From Gemmiger formicilis (GTDB lineage: Bacteria > Bacteroidota > Bacteroidia > Bacteroidales > Bacteroidaceae), in NCBI GenBank assembly GCA_963586965.1, contig CAVABU010000005.1, positions 1 through 34,740 of the forward strand: a stretch of 34,740 nucleotides of DNA. The letters are read 5' to 3'. A program made the position numbers and the translations under genes. This document shows, piece after piece, positions 1-11,254 of the stretch. The notes beneath the pieces are model-generated. The model was not told where the DNA came from. It did no database searches and saw only the letters and a program-made list of their open reading frames with translations. Positions within the stretch are counted from its first letter, which is position 1. Each line of letters begins with the position of its first letter.

Positions 1-88
1 CTGGCACGGATGCAGTAATATCCTCGAACGTGCCAATAACCTTGTGTCTTTGGCCAGGAGTAACTGGCTTAAATTTACGTACTGCCAT
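1..88 (-). CDS. rplB: 50S ribosomal protein L2, 5' fragment (runs off the window)
   Basis: Manual translation from ATG at 88: [29 protein letters not shown]; follows rplW as in the S10 operon. Confidence 0.95.
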   Translation of the reverse strand, partial: MAVRKFKPVTPGQRHKVIGTFEDITASVP

Positions 89-95
89 TATCTAA

Positions 96-389
96 TTAAA
101 TATTGCTGTAAAAATCAATTGTATCGCCCTCTTTGAGAGTCACGATAGCCTTCTTGAACGATGCCTTCTGACCTTTAACAAGTCCAGCCTTTGTGTAACG
201 GCTTGAACGCTTTCCAGCATAGTTCATAGTGTTTACGTCTACGACTGAAACCTTGTACAGACCCTCAACCTCAGCTTTAATCTGGAGTTTGCTAGCTTCT
301 GGACGTACAACGAAACCATAGCGGTTTGGGCGCTTCTCTGAGATCTTGGTCAACTTTTCTGTAACCAATGGTTTTATTATATATGCCAT
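96..389 (-). CDS. rplW: 50S ribosomal protein L23
   Basis: IIKPLVTEK...KKAIVTL motifs; S10 operon order. Confidence 0.97.
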   Translation of the reverse strand: MAYIIKPLVTEKLTKISEKRPNRYGFVVRPEASKLQIKAEVEGLYKVSVVDVNTMNYAGKRSSRYTKAGLVKGQKASFKKAIVTLKEGDTIDFYSNI

Positions 390-407
390 ATTCTTGTTCT
401 CCTATGA

Positions 408-1037
408 TTATTTTGTAAGGGTCTCCTCGATTTTAGCAAGCGAGCTTTCAGCGATAACGAGTACATCAGCGTTGAGTACCTTGTAAGCATTGATTGTGTT
501 TGCTGTCATCACTTCAGCCTTCTGTACGTTGCGTGCAGAGAGGTAAACATTCTTGTTAACTTCTGGCAGTACGACGAGAGTCTTCTTGCCTTCAACGTTG
601 AGGTTCTTTGTCAGTGCTACGAACTCTTTTGTCTTAGGAGCCTCGAAAGCGAAATCCTCTACTACGACGATTGCGTTTTCCTGAGCCTTGTAAGAAAGAG
701 CTGACTTACGAGCGAGAGTCTTAACCTTCTTGTTGAGTTTGAAACTATAGTCACGTGGCTGAGGACCGAATACACGGCCACCACCTACCAATACAGGTGA
801 CTTGATATCACCGCGACGAGCACCGCCACCGCCTTTCTGGCGACCGAGCTTGCGTGTTGAACCAGTGATTTCGCTACGTTCCTTTGATTTTGCTGTTCCC
901 TGACGCTGGTTAGCAAGATACTGCTTAACGTCAAGATAGAGAACATGGTCGTTAGGTTCAATTCCGAAGACAGCTTCGTTCAAAGCGACCTTTCTTCCGG
1001 TCTCCTGTCCTTTAATATTCAATACGTTCACTTCCAT
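408..1037 (-). CDS. rplD: 50S ribosomal protein L4
   Basis: [30 protein letters not shown]; operon order. Confidence 0.97.
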   Translation of the reverse strand: MEVNVLNIKGQETGRKVALNEAVFGIEPNDHVLYLDVKQYLANQRQGTAKSKERSEITGSTRKLGRQKGGGGARRGDIKSPVLVGGGRVFGPQPRDYSFKLNKKVKTLARKSALSYKAQENAIVVVEDFAFEAPKTKEFVALTKNLNVEGKKTLVVLPEVNKNVYLSARNVQKAEVMTANTINAYKVLNADVLVIAESSLAKIEETLTK

Positions 1038-1039
1038 GA

Positions 1040-1654
1040 TTACATCTCGATTAATACGGTTGAACCATTGTGACCTGCTACTGAGCCCTTAACGATAAGA
1101 AGGTTGCTCTCAGGGATCACCTTTAACACTTTGAGGTTCTGAGTAGTAACTCTGTCACCACCCATCTGGCCTGCCATACGCATACCCTTGAATACCTTTG
1201 CAGGGTAAGAACATGCACCGATAGAACCTGGTGCGCGCAGACGGTCGTCCTGACCGTGTGTAGACTGACCTACACCGCCGAATCCGTGGCGCTTTACAAC
1301 ACCCTGGAAGCCTTTACCCTTAGAAGTACCTACTACGTCAACGTACTCAATTCCATTGAACAGTTCTACAGTAATAGTGTCTCCGAGGTTGTACTCCTCA
1401 TCAAACTTGAACTCGGCCAAGTGCTTTTTTGGTGTTGTGCCTGCTTTCTTAAAGGTACCCATCATTGGCTTAGTAGTATTCTTCTCCTTAGCCTCTGCGA
1501 AACCTAACTGAACAGCCTTGTAACCGTCCTTTTCTACGGACTTAACCTGGGTTACAACACAAGGACCAGCTTCGATAACAGTGCACGGTATGTTCTTGCC
1601 GTCGGCACTGAAAACGGATGTCATTCCGATTTTTCTTCCAATTAATCCTGGCAT
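1040..1654 (-). CDS. rplC: 50S ribosomal protein L3
   Basis: [31 protein letters not shown] motifs. Confidence 0.98.
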   Translation of the reverse strand: MPGLIGRKIGMTSVFSADGKNIPCTVIEAGPCVVTQVKSVEKDGYKAVQLGFAEAKEKNTTKPMMGTFKKAGTTPKKHLAEFKFDEEYNLGDTITVELFNGIEYVDVVGTSKGKGFQGVVKRHGFGGVGQSTHGQDDRLRAPGSIGACSYPAKVFKGMRMAGQMGGDRVTTQNLKVLKVIPESNLLIVKGSVAGHNGSTVLIEM

Positions 1655-1713
1655 TTCAATTAATATTAATAATTATAACTTATAAAAGATTTATTCATTA
1701 TTATTACGTCGTA

Positions 1714-2019
1714 CTAGACTTTGATCTCTACTTCTACACCGCTTGGGAGTTCGAGCTTCATCAGAGCGTCAACGGTCTTTGCTGTTGAGCTGTAGATGTC
1801 GATAAGTCTCTTGTAGTCTGAGAGCTGGAACTGCTCACGAGCCTTCTTGTTAACGAAGGTAGAACGGTTCACTGTGTAGATGCGCTTGTGTGTTGGCAAC
1901 GGAATAGGACCGCTGATAACTGCGCCAGTAGCCTTCACGGCCTTAACAATCTTGTCTGCTGACTTGTCTACCAACTGGTGGTCGTAAGACTTCAGCTTGA
2001 TACGGATTTTCTGACTCAT
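1714..2019 (-). CDS. rpsJ: 30S ribosomal protein S10
   Basis: [11 protein letters not shown]...GPIPLPT...HKR. Confidence 0.98.
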   Translation of the reverse strand: MSQKIRIKLKSYDHQLVDKSADKIVKAVKATGAVISGPIPLPTHKRIYTVNRSTFVNKKAREQFQLSDYKRLIDIYSSTAKTVDALMKLELPSGVEVEIKV

Positions 2020-2117
2020 TGTCTGAATTTAATGTTATTATTTTGTTATTAAGAGCGAATCGGCACACCGCTTAAGAGTCATTCGCTAAACGGTGACCGT
2101 TCGCTTTGTTTCATTTT

Positions 2118-4235
2118 TTACAGGAGGTCTGTGCGGCCCTTCATTTCCTCGAGGATTGTCTTAGCTATAGAGCTTGACACAGCCTCGTGATGATCATATT
2201 CCATAGAAGAAGTAGCACGACCAGAAGTGATGGTACGGAGAGCGGTTACATAACCGAACATCTCTGCGAGTGGAACCATAGCCTTTACGATGCGTGCACC
2301 GCTACGAGCCTCTTCCATACCCTGTACCATACCACGACGCTTATTGAGGTCACCAATTACGTCACCCATGTTCTCCTCAGGAGTAACAACCTCTACCTTC
2401 ATGATAGGCTCCATGAGAACAGGACCTGCCTTAGGACAACCATTCTTGAATGCGTTGTGAGCAGCAAGCTCGAATGACAACTGGTCAGAGTCAACTGGGT
2501 GGAATGAACCATCAGTGAGCACAACCTTCAGACCTACTACAGGGAAGCCACCGAGAACACCAGCCTTGAGGCAGTCTTCGAATCCCTTCTGTACTGAAGG
2601 AATGAATTCCTTAGGAATGTTACCACCCTTAACCTCATTGATGAACTGCAAGTCGCCCTCTGTGTAATCGTCGTCCTTAGGACCGATTGTCACGATGATG
2701 TCAGCGAACTTACCACGACCACCGGACTGCTTCTTATAAACCTCACGGAGAGTAACCTCGCGTGTGATAGCCTCCTTATAGTTAACCTGTGGCTTACCCT
2801 GGTTACACTCTACCTTGAACTCACGCTTCAGACGGTCGATGATGATGTCGAGGTGAAGCTCACCCATACCAGAGATAACGGTCTGACCGCTCTGCTCGTC
2901 AGTACGAACGGTAAATGTAGGATCCTCCTCAGCAAGCTTAGCAAGACCATTGTCAAGTTTAGCGATATCAGCCTGAGACTTTGGTTCTACTGCGATAGAG
3001 ATCACAGTGTCAGGGAATGTCATAGACTCCAGTACGATAGGATGTGTCTCATCACAAAGAGTATCACCAGTACGGATATCCTTGAAACCTACACCTGAAC
3101 CTATATCACCTGCAGCGATTTCCTCTACAGGATTCTGCTTGTTAGAGTGCATCTGGAAGAGACGGCTTACGCGCTCTTTCTTGTCAGTACGTGGGTTGTA
3201 CACATATGATCCTGCGGTAATCTTACCTGAGTAAACGCGGAAGAATACGAGACGACCAACGTATGGGTCAGTTGCAATCTTAAATGCCAAAGCAGATGTA
3301 GGCTCGTCCTCAGAAGGCTTACGATCCTCTTCCTCCTCAGTAGAAGGGTTAGTACCGATGATAGCCTCTGTATCCATTGGAGAAGGAAGGAAAGCGCAAA
3401 CATAGTCAAGCATTGTCTGCACACCCTTGTTCTTGAATGAAGAACCGCAGAGCATTGGCACACACTGCAGGGCGATAGTACCCTTACGGATAGCAGCGAT
3501 GATTTCCTCCTCAGTGATAGATGAAGGGTCATCGAAGTACTTCTCCATGAGAGCCTCGTCAAACTCAGAAGCTGACTCAAGAAGCTTCTCACGCCACTCG
3601 TTGCACTCATCAACCATGTCAGCAGGGATATCGTCTACCTCATACTCTGCACCCATAGTCTCATCGTGCCAAAGGATAGCCTTCATCTTGATAAGGTCAA
3701 CAAGACCCTTGAAGTTCTCTTCTGCACCGATAGGGCAGCAGATGTTCACTGGGTTAGCGCCAAGTACTTCCTTCATCTGCTTGATTACGTCATAGTAGTC
3801 AGCACCTGAACGGTCCATCTTGTTAACGTAACCGATACGAGGAACATTGTACTTGTCAGCCTGACGCCATACAGTCTCTGACTGAGGCTCTACACCACCA
3901 ACGGCACAATAAGTAGCGACAGCACCGTCGAGTACACGGAGCGAACGCTCCACCTCAGCGGTAAAGTCAACGTGTCCCGGAGTGTCGATCAAGTTGATCT
4001 TATATTGCTTGTTATCATAATTCCAGAAACAAGTGGTAGCTGCAGAGGTGATGGTTATACCACGCTCCTGCTCCTGCGCCATCCAGTCCATTGTTGCACC
4101 ACCGTCATGCACCTCACCGATCTTGTGAGTCTTTCCGGTGTAGAAAAGAATACGCTCAGATGTTGTTGTCTTACCGGCATCGATGTGAGCCATGATACCG
4201 ATGTTTCTGGTCAAATGTAAATCGTGCTTTGCCAT
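2118..4235 (-). CDS. fusA: Elongation factor G
   Basis: [23 protein letters not shown] GTPase motifs; GMGELHL; 705 aa. Confidence 0.99.
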   Translation of the reverse strand: MAKHDLHLTRNIGIMAHIDAGKTTTSERILFYTGKTHKIGEVHDGGATMDWMAQEQERGITITSAATTCFWNYDNKQYKINLIDTPGHVDFTAEVERSLRVLDGAVATYCAVGGVEPQSETVWRQADKYNVPRIGYVNKMDRSGADYYDVIKQMKEVLGANPVNICCPIGAEENFKGLVDLIKMKAILWHDETMGAEYEVDDIPADMVDECNEWREKLLESASEFDEALMEKYFDDPSSITEEEIIAAIRKGTIALQCVPMLCGSSFKNKGVQTMLDYVCAFLPSPMDTEAIIGTNPSTEEEEDRKPSEDEPTSALAFKIATDPYVGRLVFFRVYSGKITAGSYVYNPRTDKKERVSRLFQMHSNKQNPVEEIAAGDIGSGVGFKDIRTGDTLCDETHPIVLESMTFPDTVISIAVEPKSQADIAKLDNGLAKLAEEDPTFTVRTDEQSGQTVISGMGELHLDIIIDRLKREFKVECNQGKPQVNYKEAITREVTLREVYKKQSGGRGKFADIIVTIGPKDDDYTEGDLQFINEVKGGNIPKEFIPSVQKGFEDCLKAGVLGGFPVVGLKVVLTDGSFHPVDSDQLSFELAAHNAFKNGCPKAGPVLMEPIMKVEVVTPEENMGDVIGDLNKRRGMVQGMEEARSGARIVKAMVPLAEMFGYVTALRTITSGRATSSMEYDHHEAVSSSIAKTILEEMKGRTDLL

Positions 4236-4259
4236 TTTTATGCTATCGTTAAATCTTTA

Positions 4260-4736
4260 TTAGAAACGGAAGTGTGCGAAAGCGCGGTTAGCCTCTGCCA
4301 TACGGTGCATATCTTCCTTACGCTTGAATGCTCCACCCTGGTTGTTGTAAGCATCCTGGATCTCAGCAGCGAGCTTCTCAGCCATAGACTTACCGCCACG
4401 CTTGCGAGCGAAGATAATAAGGTTCTTCATAGAAACGCTCTCCTTACGGCTTGGACGAATCTCTGTAGGCACCTGGAAAGTAGCACCACCGATACGACGG
4501 CTCTTCACCTCCACCTGTGGAGTGATGTTATCAAGAGCCTGCTTCCAGATCTCGAGAGGAGTCTTCTCCTCCTTAGCCATCTTATCTTTTACAATCTCAA
4601 GAGCAGAATAGAAGATAGTGTAAGCCACGTTCTTCTTTCCGTCATACATAAGGTGATTTACGAATCTTGTAACCTTCTGGTCACCGAAAACTGGATCCGG
4701 AAGGATCACACGCTTCTTTGGTTTTGCTTTTCTCAT
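4260..4736 (-). CDS. rpsG: 30S ribosomal protein S7
   Basis: [30 protein letters not shown]. Confidence 0.99.
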   Translation of the reverse strand: MRKAKPKKRVILPDPVFGDQKVTRFVNHLMYDGKKNVAYTIFYSALEIVKDKMAKEEKTPLEIWKQALDNITPQVEVKSRRIGGATFQVPTEIRPSRKESVSMKNLIIFARKRGGKSMAEKLAAEIQDAYNNQGGAFKRKEDMHRMAEANRAFAHFRF

Positions 4737-4947
4737 TGTTGTTTGTTAATGATTTGTTTGTCTGGGGCTGTCTCGTTCTGATCATCTTCAGCATCATCTC
4801 TTTGACACTTACTCAACCGGTGTATCCAACTTTCTCCAGCAAAACTGTTTGTTTATTTACGGGCCAGACCGTTGTCTGTAGCGCTCACTTACGGAACTCG
4901 CATTCCCACATTATTTATATATATAAGCGCAGCCCTCTTCTTTTTTT

Positions 4948-5328
4948 TTACTTCTTAGCCTTTGGACGCTTAGCTCCGTACTTAGAGCGACGCTGTGTGC
5001 GGCTTGCTACACCTGCGGTATCAAGAGTACCACGCACGATGTGATAACGTACACCAGGAAGATCCTTTACACGACCACCGCGAACAAGCACAATAGAGTG
5101 CTCCTGCAAGTTGTGTCCCTCTCCTGGGATGTAGGAGTTTACCTCCTTCTGGTTTGTCAAACGAACACGGGCAACTTTACGCATTGCCGAATTAGGCTTC
5201 TTTGGGGTTGTTGTATAAACACGAACACATACACCGCGACGCTGAGGACATGATTCCAAAGCTGGTGATTTGCTCTTTTCTACAAGAACCTTTCTGCCTT
5301 TTCTTACCAATTGTGAAATAGTAGGCAT
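4948..5328 (-). CDS. rpsL: 30S ribosomal protein S12
   Basis: [32 protein letters not shown]. Confidence 0.99.
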   Translation of the reverse strand: MPTISQLVRKGRKVLVEKSKSPALESCPQRRGVCVRVYTTTPKKPNSAMRKVARVRLTNQKEVNSYIPGEGHNLQEHSIVLVRGGRVKDLPGVRYHIVRGTLDTAGVASRTQRRSKYGAKRPKAKK

Positions 5329-5462
5329 AATTGTTACTTTTAAAATTTATATTGTTTCTATTTTCAATCTTTCAAGCGCGGCAAGCATCAGAATCTCACT
5401 CGTCTGACACTCAAGACACAACCCTCGTCAGAGTCAGCCTCTTATCAACCGCTTTCGAAGTG

Positions 5463-5470
5463 CAAAGTTA
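5463..5470 (-). promoter_or_regulatory. Bacteroidota sigma-A -7 element (TAACTTTG) for the rpsL operon
   Basis: CAAAGTTA on plus = TAACTTTG on minus, matching TAnnTTTG, about 135 bp upstream of rpsL. Confidence 0.75.
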
Positions 5471-5691
5471 CGAATTTTTCTTGTAACCACATAATATATA
5501 GAACTCTTTCGAGGCGTCAAAGGGGTATATCTTGCAAATATTAACCGACGTTAACTTAGTTTAAGACTATAATTTGCTAACATAGGCTGTCAACCAACAA
5601 GAAACACTGAAAGATGAAAGGATGAAAGAACAGAAAGATAATATCCGTTTGGAGAATACAATTTCCAAGGAATGTCAAGAAGTGAAATGAG

Positions 5692-5784
5692 TCAGTTGTA
5701 AAACAGTTGTTGAACAGGTGTGCGACAATTGTTGAACACGTGTAAAGCAATTGTTAAACATGCGTTCAACAATTGTTTTACAAC
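5692..5784. repeat. Array of ACAnnTGT palindromes with 11/22-bp period, enclosed by a 21-bp inverted repeat
   Basis: 22-bp units start at 5703, 5725, 5747, 5769; arms 5695-5715 GTTGTAAAACAGTTGTTGAAC and 5764-5784 GTTCAACAATTGTTTTACAAC differ by 1 mismatch. Confidence 0.85.
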
Positions 5785-5957
5785 CGAGAAAAGCATAAAC
5801 ACCGCAACGGTTGACGCAATATCTCAAATTGTTTTACTAAGCCTCCATCAGCAATAGGACTATGAAAAGTCGATGAAAATAAAGACTGCTTAACTCATGA
5901 AAACTAGCACCTTTAAGTAACACATATATAAAGAGGTGCAAAAAATCACACGCTTGC

Positions 5958-5988
5958 TTTGCAGTTTCAATATAAAGGCGTATTTTTG
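5958..5988 (+). promoter_or_regulatory. Bacteroidota promoter for GH92 gene
   Basis: TTTG (5958-5961), 19-bp spacer, TATTTTTG (5981-5988). Confidence 0.7.
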
Positions 5989-6013
5989 CGGATGAATAAC
6001 ATAAAAACTTAAT

Positions 6014-8269
6014 ATGGTCATAAAGAAACGTATCCTTGCCATGGCATTGACAGCATTCACATGCCTCGCAAGCGCGACTGCACAAAAGCAACCTGTCGAC
6101 TATGTAAACCCATACATCGGCAACATCAGTCATCTGCTGGTACCTACTTTTGCTACTATCCAACTACCTAACTCTCTACTTCGCATCTATCCAAGTCGCT
6201 ACTCCTACACCGATGAATTGATGGAGGGACTACCGGTTATGGTGACCAATCACCGCGAGCACTCTGCTTTCTGCATATCGCCAACACAAAACTCGAAGTT
6301 GACTCCTACGGTGAAGATGAACTGGGACCACGAGACCATTACCCCCTACTCGAGCGACATCGAGATGGCTGACAACACGTTGCGTGCCCAATTGGCAGTG
6401 GCTCACCAGAGTGCTATTTATGATATCAGTTTCTACGATAAGGACAAGGATTCCTACATCATCCTCAACTCCGAGAAAGGCCACCTTACGGTGAAAGGCA
6501 ACGTCATCAAAGGCTACCAGGACGTATGGGGACAAGCAAACGTCTACATCTACGCCGAACTGAATGTGAAGCCATCTGAGTGTGGCATACTCCGTGACGG
6601 CAAAATAGTATCAAAGGAAAGTACCATAGACGGAAAGAATGTCAGCGTGGCACTGCGTCTACCTAAAGGTACGGGCGATGTATCACTCCGCTACGGCATC
6701 TCGCTCATCTCCGAAGAGCAGGCTCAGAAGAACCTGACACGTGAGCAAGGCAAAGCATTCGACCGCAAGGCTATAGAGGAGAAAGGTCGCAAGGAATGGA
6801 ATGAGACTCTATCCACGATAAAGGTGGAGGGCGGCACGGAAGACGAGAAGACTGTGCTCTATACTTCCTACTACCGCACATTTGAGCGCCCAGTATGCCT
6901 CAGCGAGGACGGTCGCTACTATAGCGCTTATGACCACAAGGTGCATGAAGACGAGGGTACTCCATTCTACACAGACGACTGGATTTGGGACACTTACCGT
7001 GCTGCACACCCTCTGCGTGCTCTCATACAACCGAAAAAAGAGGAAGCCATCATCGAGTCTTACCTCCGCATGGCAGAACAGATGGGTACGAAGTGGATGC
7101 CTACATTCCCCGAGATCACAGGCGACTCTCGTCGTATGAATAGTAATCATGGTGTCGCCATGGTGGCAGACGCTCTCTACAAAGGACTCAACGTGGACGC
7201 CAAGCGCGCCTACGAATATTGCAAGAAAGGCATCACCGAAAAGACGCTGGCTCCATGGTCGGGCAACAAGGCTGGATGGATAGACGAGTTCTACTGGAAA
7301 AACGGTTATATACCAGCACTCAACGAGGGCGAAAAGGAAACTGATCCGAATGTTTCAAGTTTTGAGAAGCGCCAACCTATAGCCGTGACTCTCGGTACGG
7401 CATATGACACATGGTGTCTTTCACGCATCGCCGACTTCATCGGCAACAAGGACGAAGCAAAACATTTCTTTGATTTCTCACACAACTACCGCACGGTATA
7501 CAATAGCGAGACGGGATTTTTCCATCCGAAAGATAAGGACGGCAAGTTCCTGCCAAACTTCTCTTACATCTTCGGCGGAGGCATCGGCGCACGCGATGCA
7601 TATGACGAAAACAACGGATGGACTTACCGCTGGGATCTGCAGCACAACTTTGCCGACCTTGTGAAACTCATGGGCGGACGAGACCAACTTGTAGCCAACC
7701 TCGACCAAACATTTGCCGAACCGATGGGCGATGGCAAGCGCGAGTTTTATTTCCAGTTGCCTGACCAGACAGGCAACATAGGCCAGTTTACTATGGCTAA
7801 CGAACCGTCACTGCATATACCTTATATATATAACTACGCTGGACAGCCATGGAAGACGCAGAAAAGAGTGCGTCAATGCCTTAAGACATGGTTTCGCAAT
7901 GACCTCATGGGAATCCCTGGCGATGAAGACGGCGGAGGTCTCACCTCTTTCGCAGTGTTCTCATCCATCGGATTCTATCCTGTGACACCAGGCATGCCAA
8001 GTTATAATATAGGTAGTCCACTGTTCTCCGATGTAAAGATACAGTTGCCGGGTGGCAAAACATTCCACATCATCGCAAACAACTGCAATACAGAGAATAA
8101 ATACATACAGAGTGCCACTCTCAATGGTAAGACGTGGGACAAACCATGGTTTAGCCATGACGACATCAAGGACGGAGCCACACTCGTGCTCGAGATGGGA
8201 CCACATCCTAATAAGAGTTGGGGAGCAGCAGAAGGCGCAGCACCACCAAGTGCAGACAACATGAAGTAA
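6014..8269 (+). CDS. GH92 family alpha-mannosidase, secreted
   Basis: Signal peptide; VDYVNPYIG, WIWDTYRA, ANEPSLHIPY, GIPGDEDGGG motifs; 751 aa. Confidence 0.92.
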   Translation: MVIKKRILAMALTAFTCLASATAQKQPVDYVNPYIGNISHLLVPTFATIQLPNSLLRIYPSRYSYTDELMEGLPVMVTNHREHSAFCISPTQNSKLTPTVKMNWDHETITPYSSDIEMADNTLRAQLAVAHQSAIYDISFYDKDKDSYIILNSEKGHLTVKGNVIKGYQDVWGQANVYIYAELNVKPSECGILRDGKIVSKESTIDGKNVSVALRLPKGTGDVSLRYGISLISEEQAQKNLTREQGKAFDRKAIEEKGRKEWNETLSTIKVEGGTEDEKTVLYTSYYRTFERPVCLSEDGRYYSAYDHKVHEDEGTPFYTDDWIWDTYRAAHPLRALIQPKKEEAIIESYLRMAEQMGTKWMPTFPEITGDSRRMNSNHGVAMVADALYKGLNVDAKRAYEYCKKGITEKTLAPWSGNKAGWIDEFYWKNGYIPALNEGEKETDPNVSSFEKRQPIAVTLGTAYDTWCLSRIADFIGNKDEAKHFFDFSHNYRTVYNSETGFFHPKDKDGKFLPNFSYIFGGGIGARDAYDENNGWTYRWDLQHNFADLVKLMGGRDQLVANLDQTFAEPMGDGKREFYFQLPDQTGNIGQFTMANEPSLHIPYIYNYAGQPWKTQKRVRQCLKTWFRNDLMGIPGDEDGGGLTSFAVFSSIGFYPVTPGMPSYNIGSPLFSDVKIQLPGGKTFHIIANNCNTENKYIQSATLNGKTWDKPWFSHDDIKDGATLVLEMGPHPNKSWGAAEGAAPPSADNMK

Positions 8270-8303
8270 AAACGAATATAATAAACACAACGAGAATACA
8301 AAA

Positions 8304-8576
8304 ATGAGAAAAGCCATTATCACTGTAGTGGGCAAGGATACCGTGGGCATCATCGCCAGCGTGTGCGGATACCTCGCCGAACAGGACATCAACATTCTGG
8401 ACATCAGCCAGACCATCGTGCAGGAGTATTTCAACATGATGATGATAGTAGATCTCGCAAAATGCGAAAAAGACTTTGATAGCGTAAGTTCGGAACTCTC
8501 CGAACTGGGCAAAGCCACTGGCGTACAGGTGAAATGCCAACTTGATGACATATTCAACATAATGCATAGAATATGA
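8304..8576 (+). CDS. ACT domain protein (UPF0237)
   Basis: [16 protein letters not shown]...[10 protein letters not shown]...[12 protein letters not shown] overlap with DUF711 gene. Confidence 0.9.
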   Translation: MRKAIITVVGKDTVGIIASVCGYLAEQDINILDISQTIVQEYFNMMMIVDLAKCEKDFDSVSSELSELGKATGVQVKCQLDDIFNIMHRI

Positions 8577-9958
8577 TTAACATAAACGAAGTACTCGAGA
8601 CCAACCGCATGGTGGAGCAGGAAAACCTCGACGTGCGCACCATCACCATGGGCATCAGCCTCTTAGACTGTGCTGACCACGACCTGCAGACCACTTGCGA
8701 CAATATCTACAACAAGATAACGACACTCGCCAAGGACCTCGTGGCAACGGGCGAAGCCATCAGTCGTGAGATCGCCATCCCTATCGTCAACAAGCGCATA
8801 TCCATCACTCCTATATCTATGGTGGGTGGCAACTGTTGCAAGACTCCTGACGACTATGTGGAGATAGCCAAGACTCTCGACCGTGCTGCTGCTGACACAG
8901 GCATCAACTTCCTCGGAGGTTACTCGGCAGTGGTATCAAAGGGCATGACCAAGAGCGATGAACTGCTCATGCGCTCCATCCCTAAGGCTATGGCAGTCAC
9001 CGAGCGCATATGCTCAAGCGTAAACGTGGGTTCCACCAAGACCGGCATCAATATGGACGCAGTGCGACTCATGGGCGAAATCATAAAGGAAACGGCAGAA
9101 GCCACCAAAGACAACGGTTCGATGGGATGTGCCAAATTGGTAGTACTATGCAATGCTCCTGATGACAACCCATTTATGGCAGGTGCCTTCCACGGCCCAA
9201 GCGAAGCAGACGCCATCATCAATGTGGGTGTCAGCGGACCTGGCGTGGTGAAGTATGCACTCGAGCAGATGGATGCGAAATCACCTGATGGCAAACCAGT
9301 CAACTTTGAGATACTGTGTGAGACCATCAAGAAGACAGCGTTTAAGATCACACGCGTAGGTCAGTTGGTAGCTCAGGAGGCATCCAAGCGCTTGCACATA
9401 CCATTCGGCATCATCGACCTCTCGCTTGCACCTACACCTGCCATCGGTGACTCAGTGGCAGACATCCTGCACTGCATAGGCGTAGACCAGGCAGGTGCAC
9501 CAGGCACCACAGCCGCGTTGGCACTGCTCAATGATCAAGTGAAGAAGGGTGGCGTCATGGCATCAAGTTATGTAGGCGGCCTCTCAGGAGCTTTCATCCC
9601 AGTGAGCGAAGACCAGGGCATGATAGACGCAGTCAATGCTGGCGCACTCACGATAGAGAAACTCGAAGCCATGACATGCGTATGCTCCGTAGGTCTTGAC
9701 ATGATAGCCATACCAGGCGACACACCAGCCACCACCATCTCGGGCATCATTGCCGACGAGGCAGCCATAGGAATGGTCAATCAGAAGACCACAGCGGTGA
9801 GAATCATTCCCGTCGTAGGAATGGGAGTTGGCGACACTGTGGAGTTTGGAGGACTACTCGGCTACGCCCCTATAATGCCGGTAAATCCATTTGGATGTAG
9901 CCGTCTTGTCAACAGACAGGGACGCATACCAGCGCCGATACACAGTTTCAAGAACTAA
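8573..9958 (+). CDS. DUF711 / UPF0210 (PFL-like) family protein
   Basis: [52 protein letters not shown]. Confidence 0.92.
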   Translation: MININEVLETNRMVEQENLDVRTITMGISLLDCADHDLQTTCDNIYNKITTLAKDLVATGEAISREIAIPIVNKRISITPISMVGGNCCKTPDDYVEIAKTLDRAAADTGINFLGGYSAVVSKGMTKSDELLMRSIPKAMAVTERICSSVNVGSTKTGINMDAVRLMGEIIKETAEATKDNGSMGCAKLVVLCNAPDDNPFMAGAFHGPSEADAIINVGVSGPGVVKYALEQMDAKSPDGKPVNFEILCETIKKTAFKITRVGQLVAQEASKRLHIPFGIIDLSLAPTPAIGDSVADILHCIGVDQAGAPGTTAALALLNDQVKKGGVMASSYVGGLSGAFIPVSEDQGMIDAVNAGALTIEKLEAMTCVCSVGLDMIAIPGDTPATTISGIIADEAAIGMVNQKTTAVRIIPVVGMGVGDTVEFGGLLGYAPIMPVNPFGCSRLVNRQGRIPAPIHSFKN

Positions 9959-9966
9959 CACGACAG

Positions 9967-10004
9967 ACTGCATAAAAATAGAATATCCTGCATATAAATA
10001 GTAG
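9967..10004. promoter_or_regulatory. Tandem ARG-box-like ArgR operators
   Basis: ACTGCATAAAAATAGAAT (9967-9984) and CCTGCATATAAATAGTAG (9987-10004), two 18-mers 2 bp apart, upstream of argR. Confidence 0.65.
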
Positions 10005-10040
10005 TTATTTCCTTTTAAGAGCACGTTTTATGCAATAATA

Positions 10041-10072
10041 TTTGTTGTATACGTATATTTGTTGTAATTTTG
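10041..10072 (+). promoter_or_regulatory. Promoter of the arg operon
   Basis: TTTG (10041-10044), 20-bp spacer, TAATTTTG (10065-10072). Confidence 0.75.
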
Positions 10073-10133
10073 CATTGACAAAGACATGTTATTACAATAG
10101 CGATAAAGCGCTCTTAAAAGGAAAGGCTACATT

Positions 10134-10610
10134 ATGAAAGTAAAGACAAGCAGACTCGAAACTCTGAAGGTACTCATCTCTAGTATGGAATTGAGTTCAC
10201 AGGAGGAAGTTCTGCGTGCCCTGAAGAAAGAAGGATTCACACTGACGCAAGCCACGCTCAGCCGCGACCTCAAGCAACTGAAAGTGGCAAAGGCAGCAAG
10301 CATGAGCGGCAAATACGTGTACGTATTGCCCAATGACACCATGTATCGTCGTGTGTCCACACCCAAGAAGGCCAGCGAGATGCTTGCCACATCAGGGTTT
10401 GTGTCACTCAATTTTTCAGGCAACGTAGGTGTCATCAAGACACGACCAGGCTATGCCAGTAGCATCGCCTACAACATAGACAATAGCGACATACCCGAAA
10501 TATTAGGTACCATAGCCGGTGATGACACTATCCTGATAATACTTCGTGAGGGTAGCGACACCAACGAAATAACACAAAGCCTTGATGTAATAATCCCCAT
10601 GCACGGGTAG
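10134..10610 (+). CDS. argR: Arginine repressor
   Basis: SQEE, TQATLSRDL, KTRPGYA, GTIAGDDT motifs. Confidence 0.96.
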   Translation: MKVKTSRLETLKVLISSMELSSQEEVLRALKKEGFTLTQATLSRDLKQLKVAKAASMSGKYVYVLPNDTMYRRVSTPKKASEMLATSGFVSLNFSGNVGVIKTRPGYASSIAYNIDNSDIPEILGTIAGDDTILIILREGSDTNEITQSLDVIIPMHG

Positions 10611-10640
10611 ATATATCGCACAAGGACAGACATTTAGAAA

Positions 10641-11234
10641 ATGAACGAGATAGAAGTAAAAGTTGCAAGTAAAGAAGACGAAAAATATGTCGACTTCATC
10701 CTCAAGACTATAGAGGACGCCGCAAAGGTGAGAGGCACCGGCATAGCCAAGCGCACACACGAATACCTTGCCACTAAGATGCGTGAAGCCAAGGCAGTGA
10801 TAGCACTCCAGGGCGACACTTTTGCCGGATTTAGTTACATCGAGACCTGGGGCAACAAGAAATATGTCACCACATCAGGTCTTATCGTACATCCCGACTT
10901 CCGTGGTCTTGGACTATCCAAGCGTATCAAAGACTTGACATTCACGTTGGCACGCACACGTTGGCCACATGCCAAGATATTCTCACTCACCAGCGGTGCA
11001 GCGGTAATGAGGATGAACACCCAATTGGGCTACAAGCCAGTGACATTCGCTGACCTTACCGATGATGAAGCCTTCTGGCGTGGATGCGAAGGATGTATCA
11101 ATGTGGACGTGCTTCATCGCACAGGCAGAAAATATTGCATATGCACAGCCATGCTCTATGACCCGACAGAACACCTGCCGGCAAGCATACCCGATGACGT
11201 GCTCGAGAGAATAAAGGAACTGGACGGAAAATAA
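10641..11234 (+). CDS. GNAT acyltransferase, probable glutamate N-acyltransferase (ArgA-like step)
   Basis: VHPDFRGLGLS acyl-CoA motif A; lies between argR and argG. Confidence 0.8.
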   Translation: MNEIEVKVASKEDEKYVDFILKTIEDAAKVRGTGIAKRTHEYLATKMREAKAVIALQGDTFAGFSYIETWGNKKYVTTSGLIVHPDFRGLGLSKRIKDLTFTLARTRWPHAKIFSLTSGAAVMRMNTQLGYKPVTFADLTDDEAFWRGCEGCINVDVLHRTGRKYCICTAMLYDPTEHLPASIPDDVLERIKELDGK

Positions 11235-11254
11235 CAACAGGACAATAATTTATT

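Noticed and set aside
2020..2117. tuf missing after fusA
   Set aside because: fusA followed directly by rpsJ is the normal Bacteroidota arrangement.
4948..5328. Streptomycin-resistance alleles in rpsL
   Set aside because: The PKKPNS and RVKDLP lysines are wild type.
5608..5640. GAAAGAT/GAAAG short repeats
   Set aside because: Low-complexity purine-rich tract, too short and irregular to support a function.
5837..6163. 108-aa minus-strand ORF
   Set aside because: Overlaps the GH92 promoter and 5' end on the opposite strand, with no recognisable domain.
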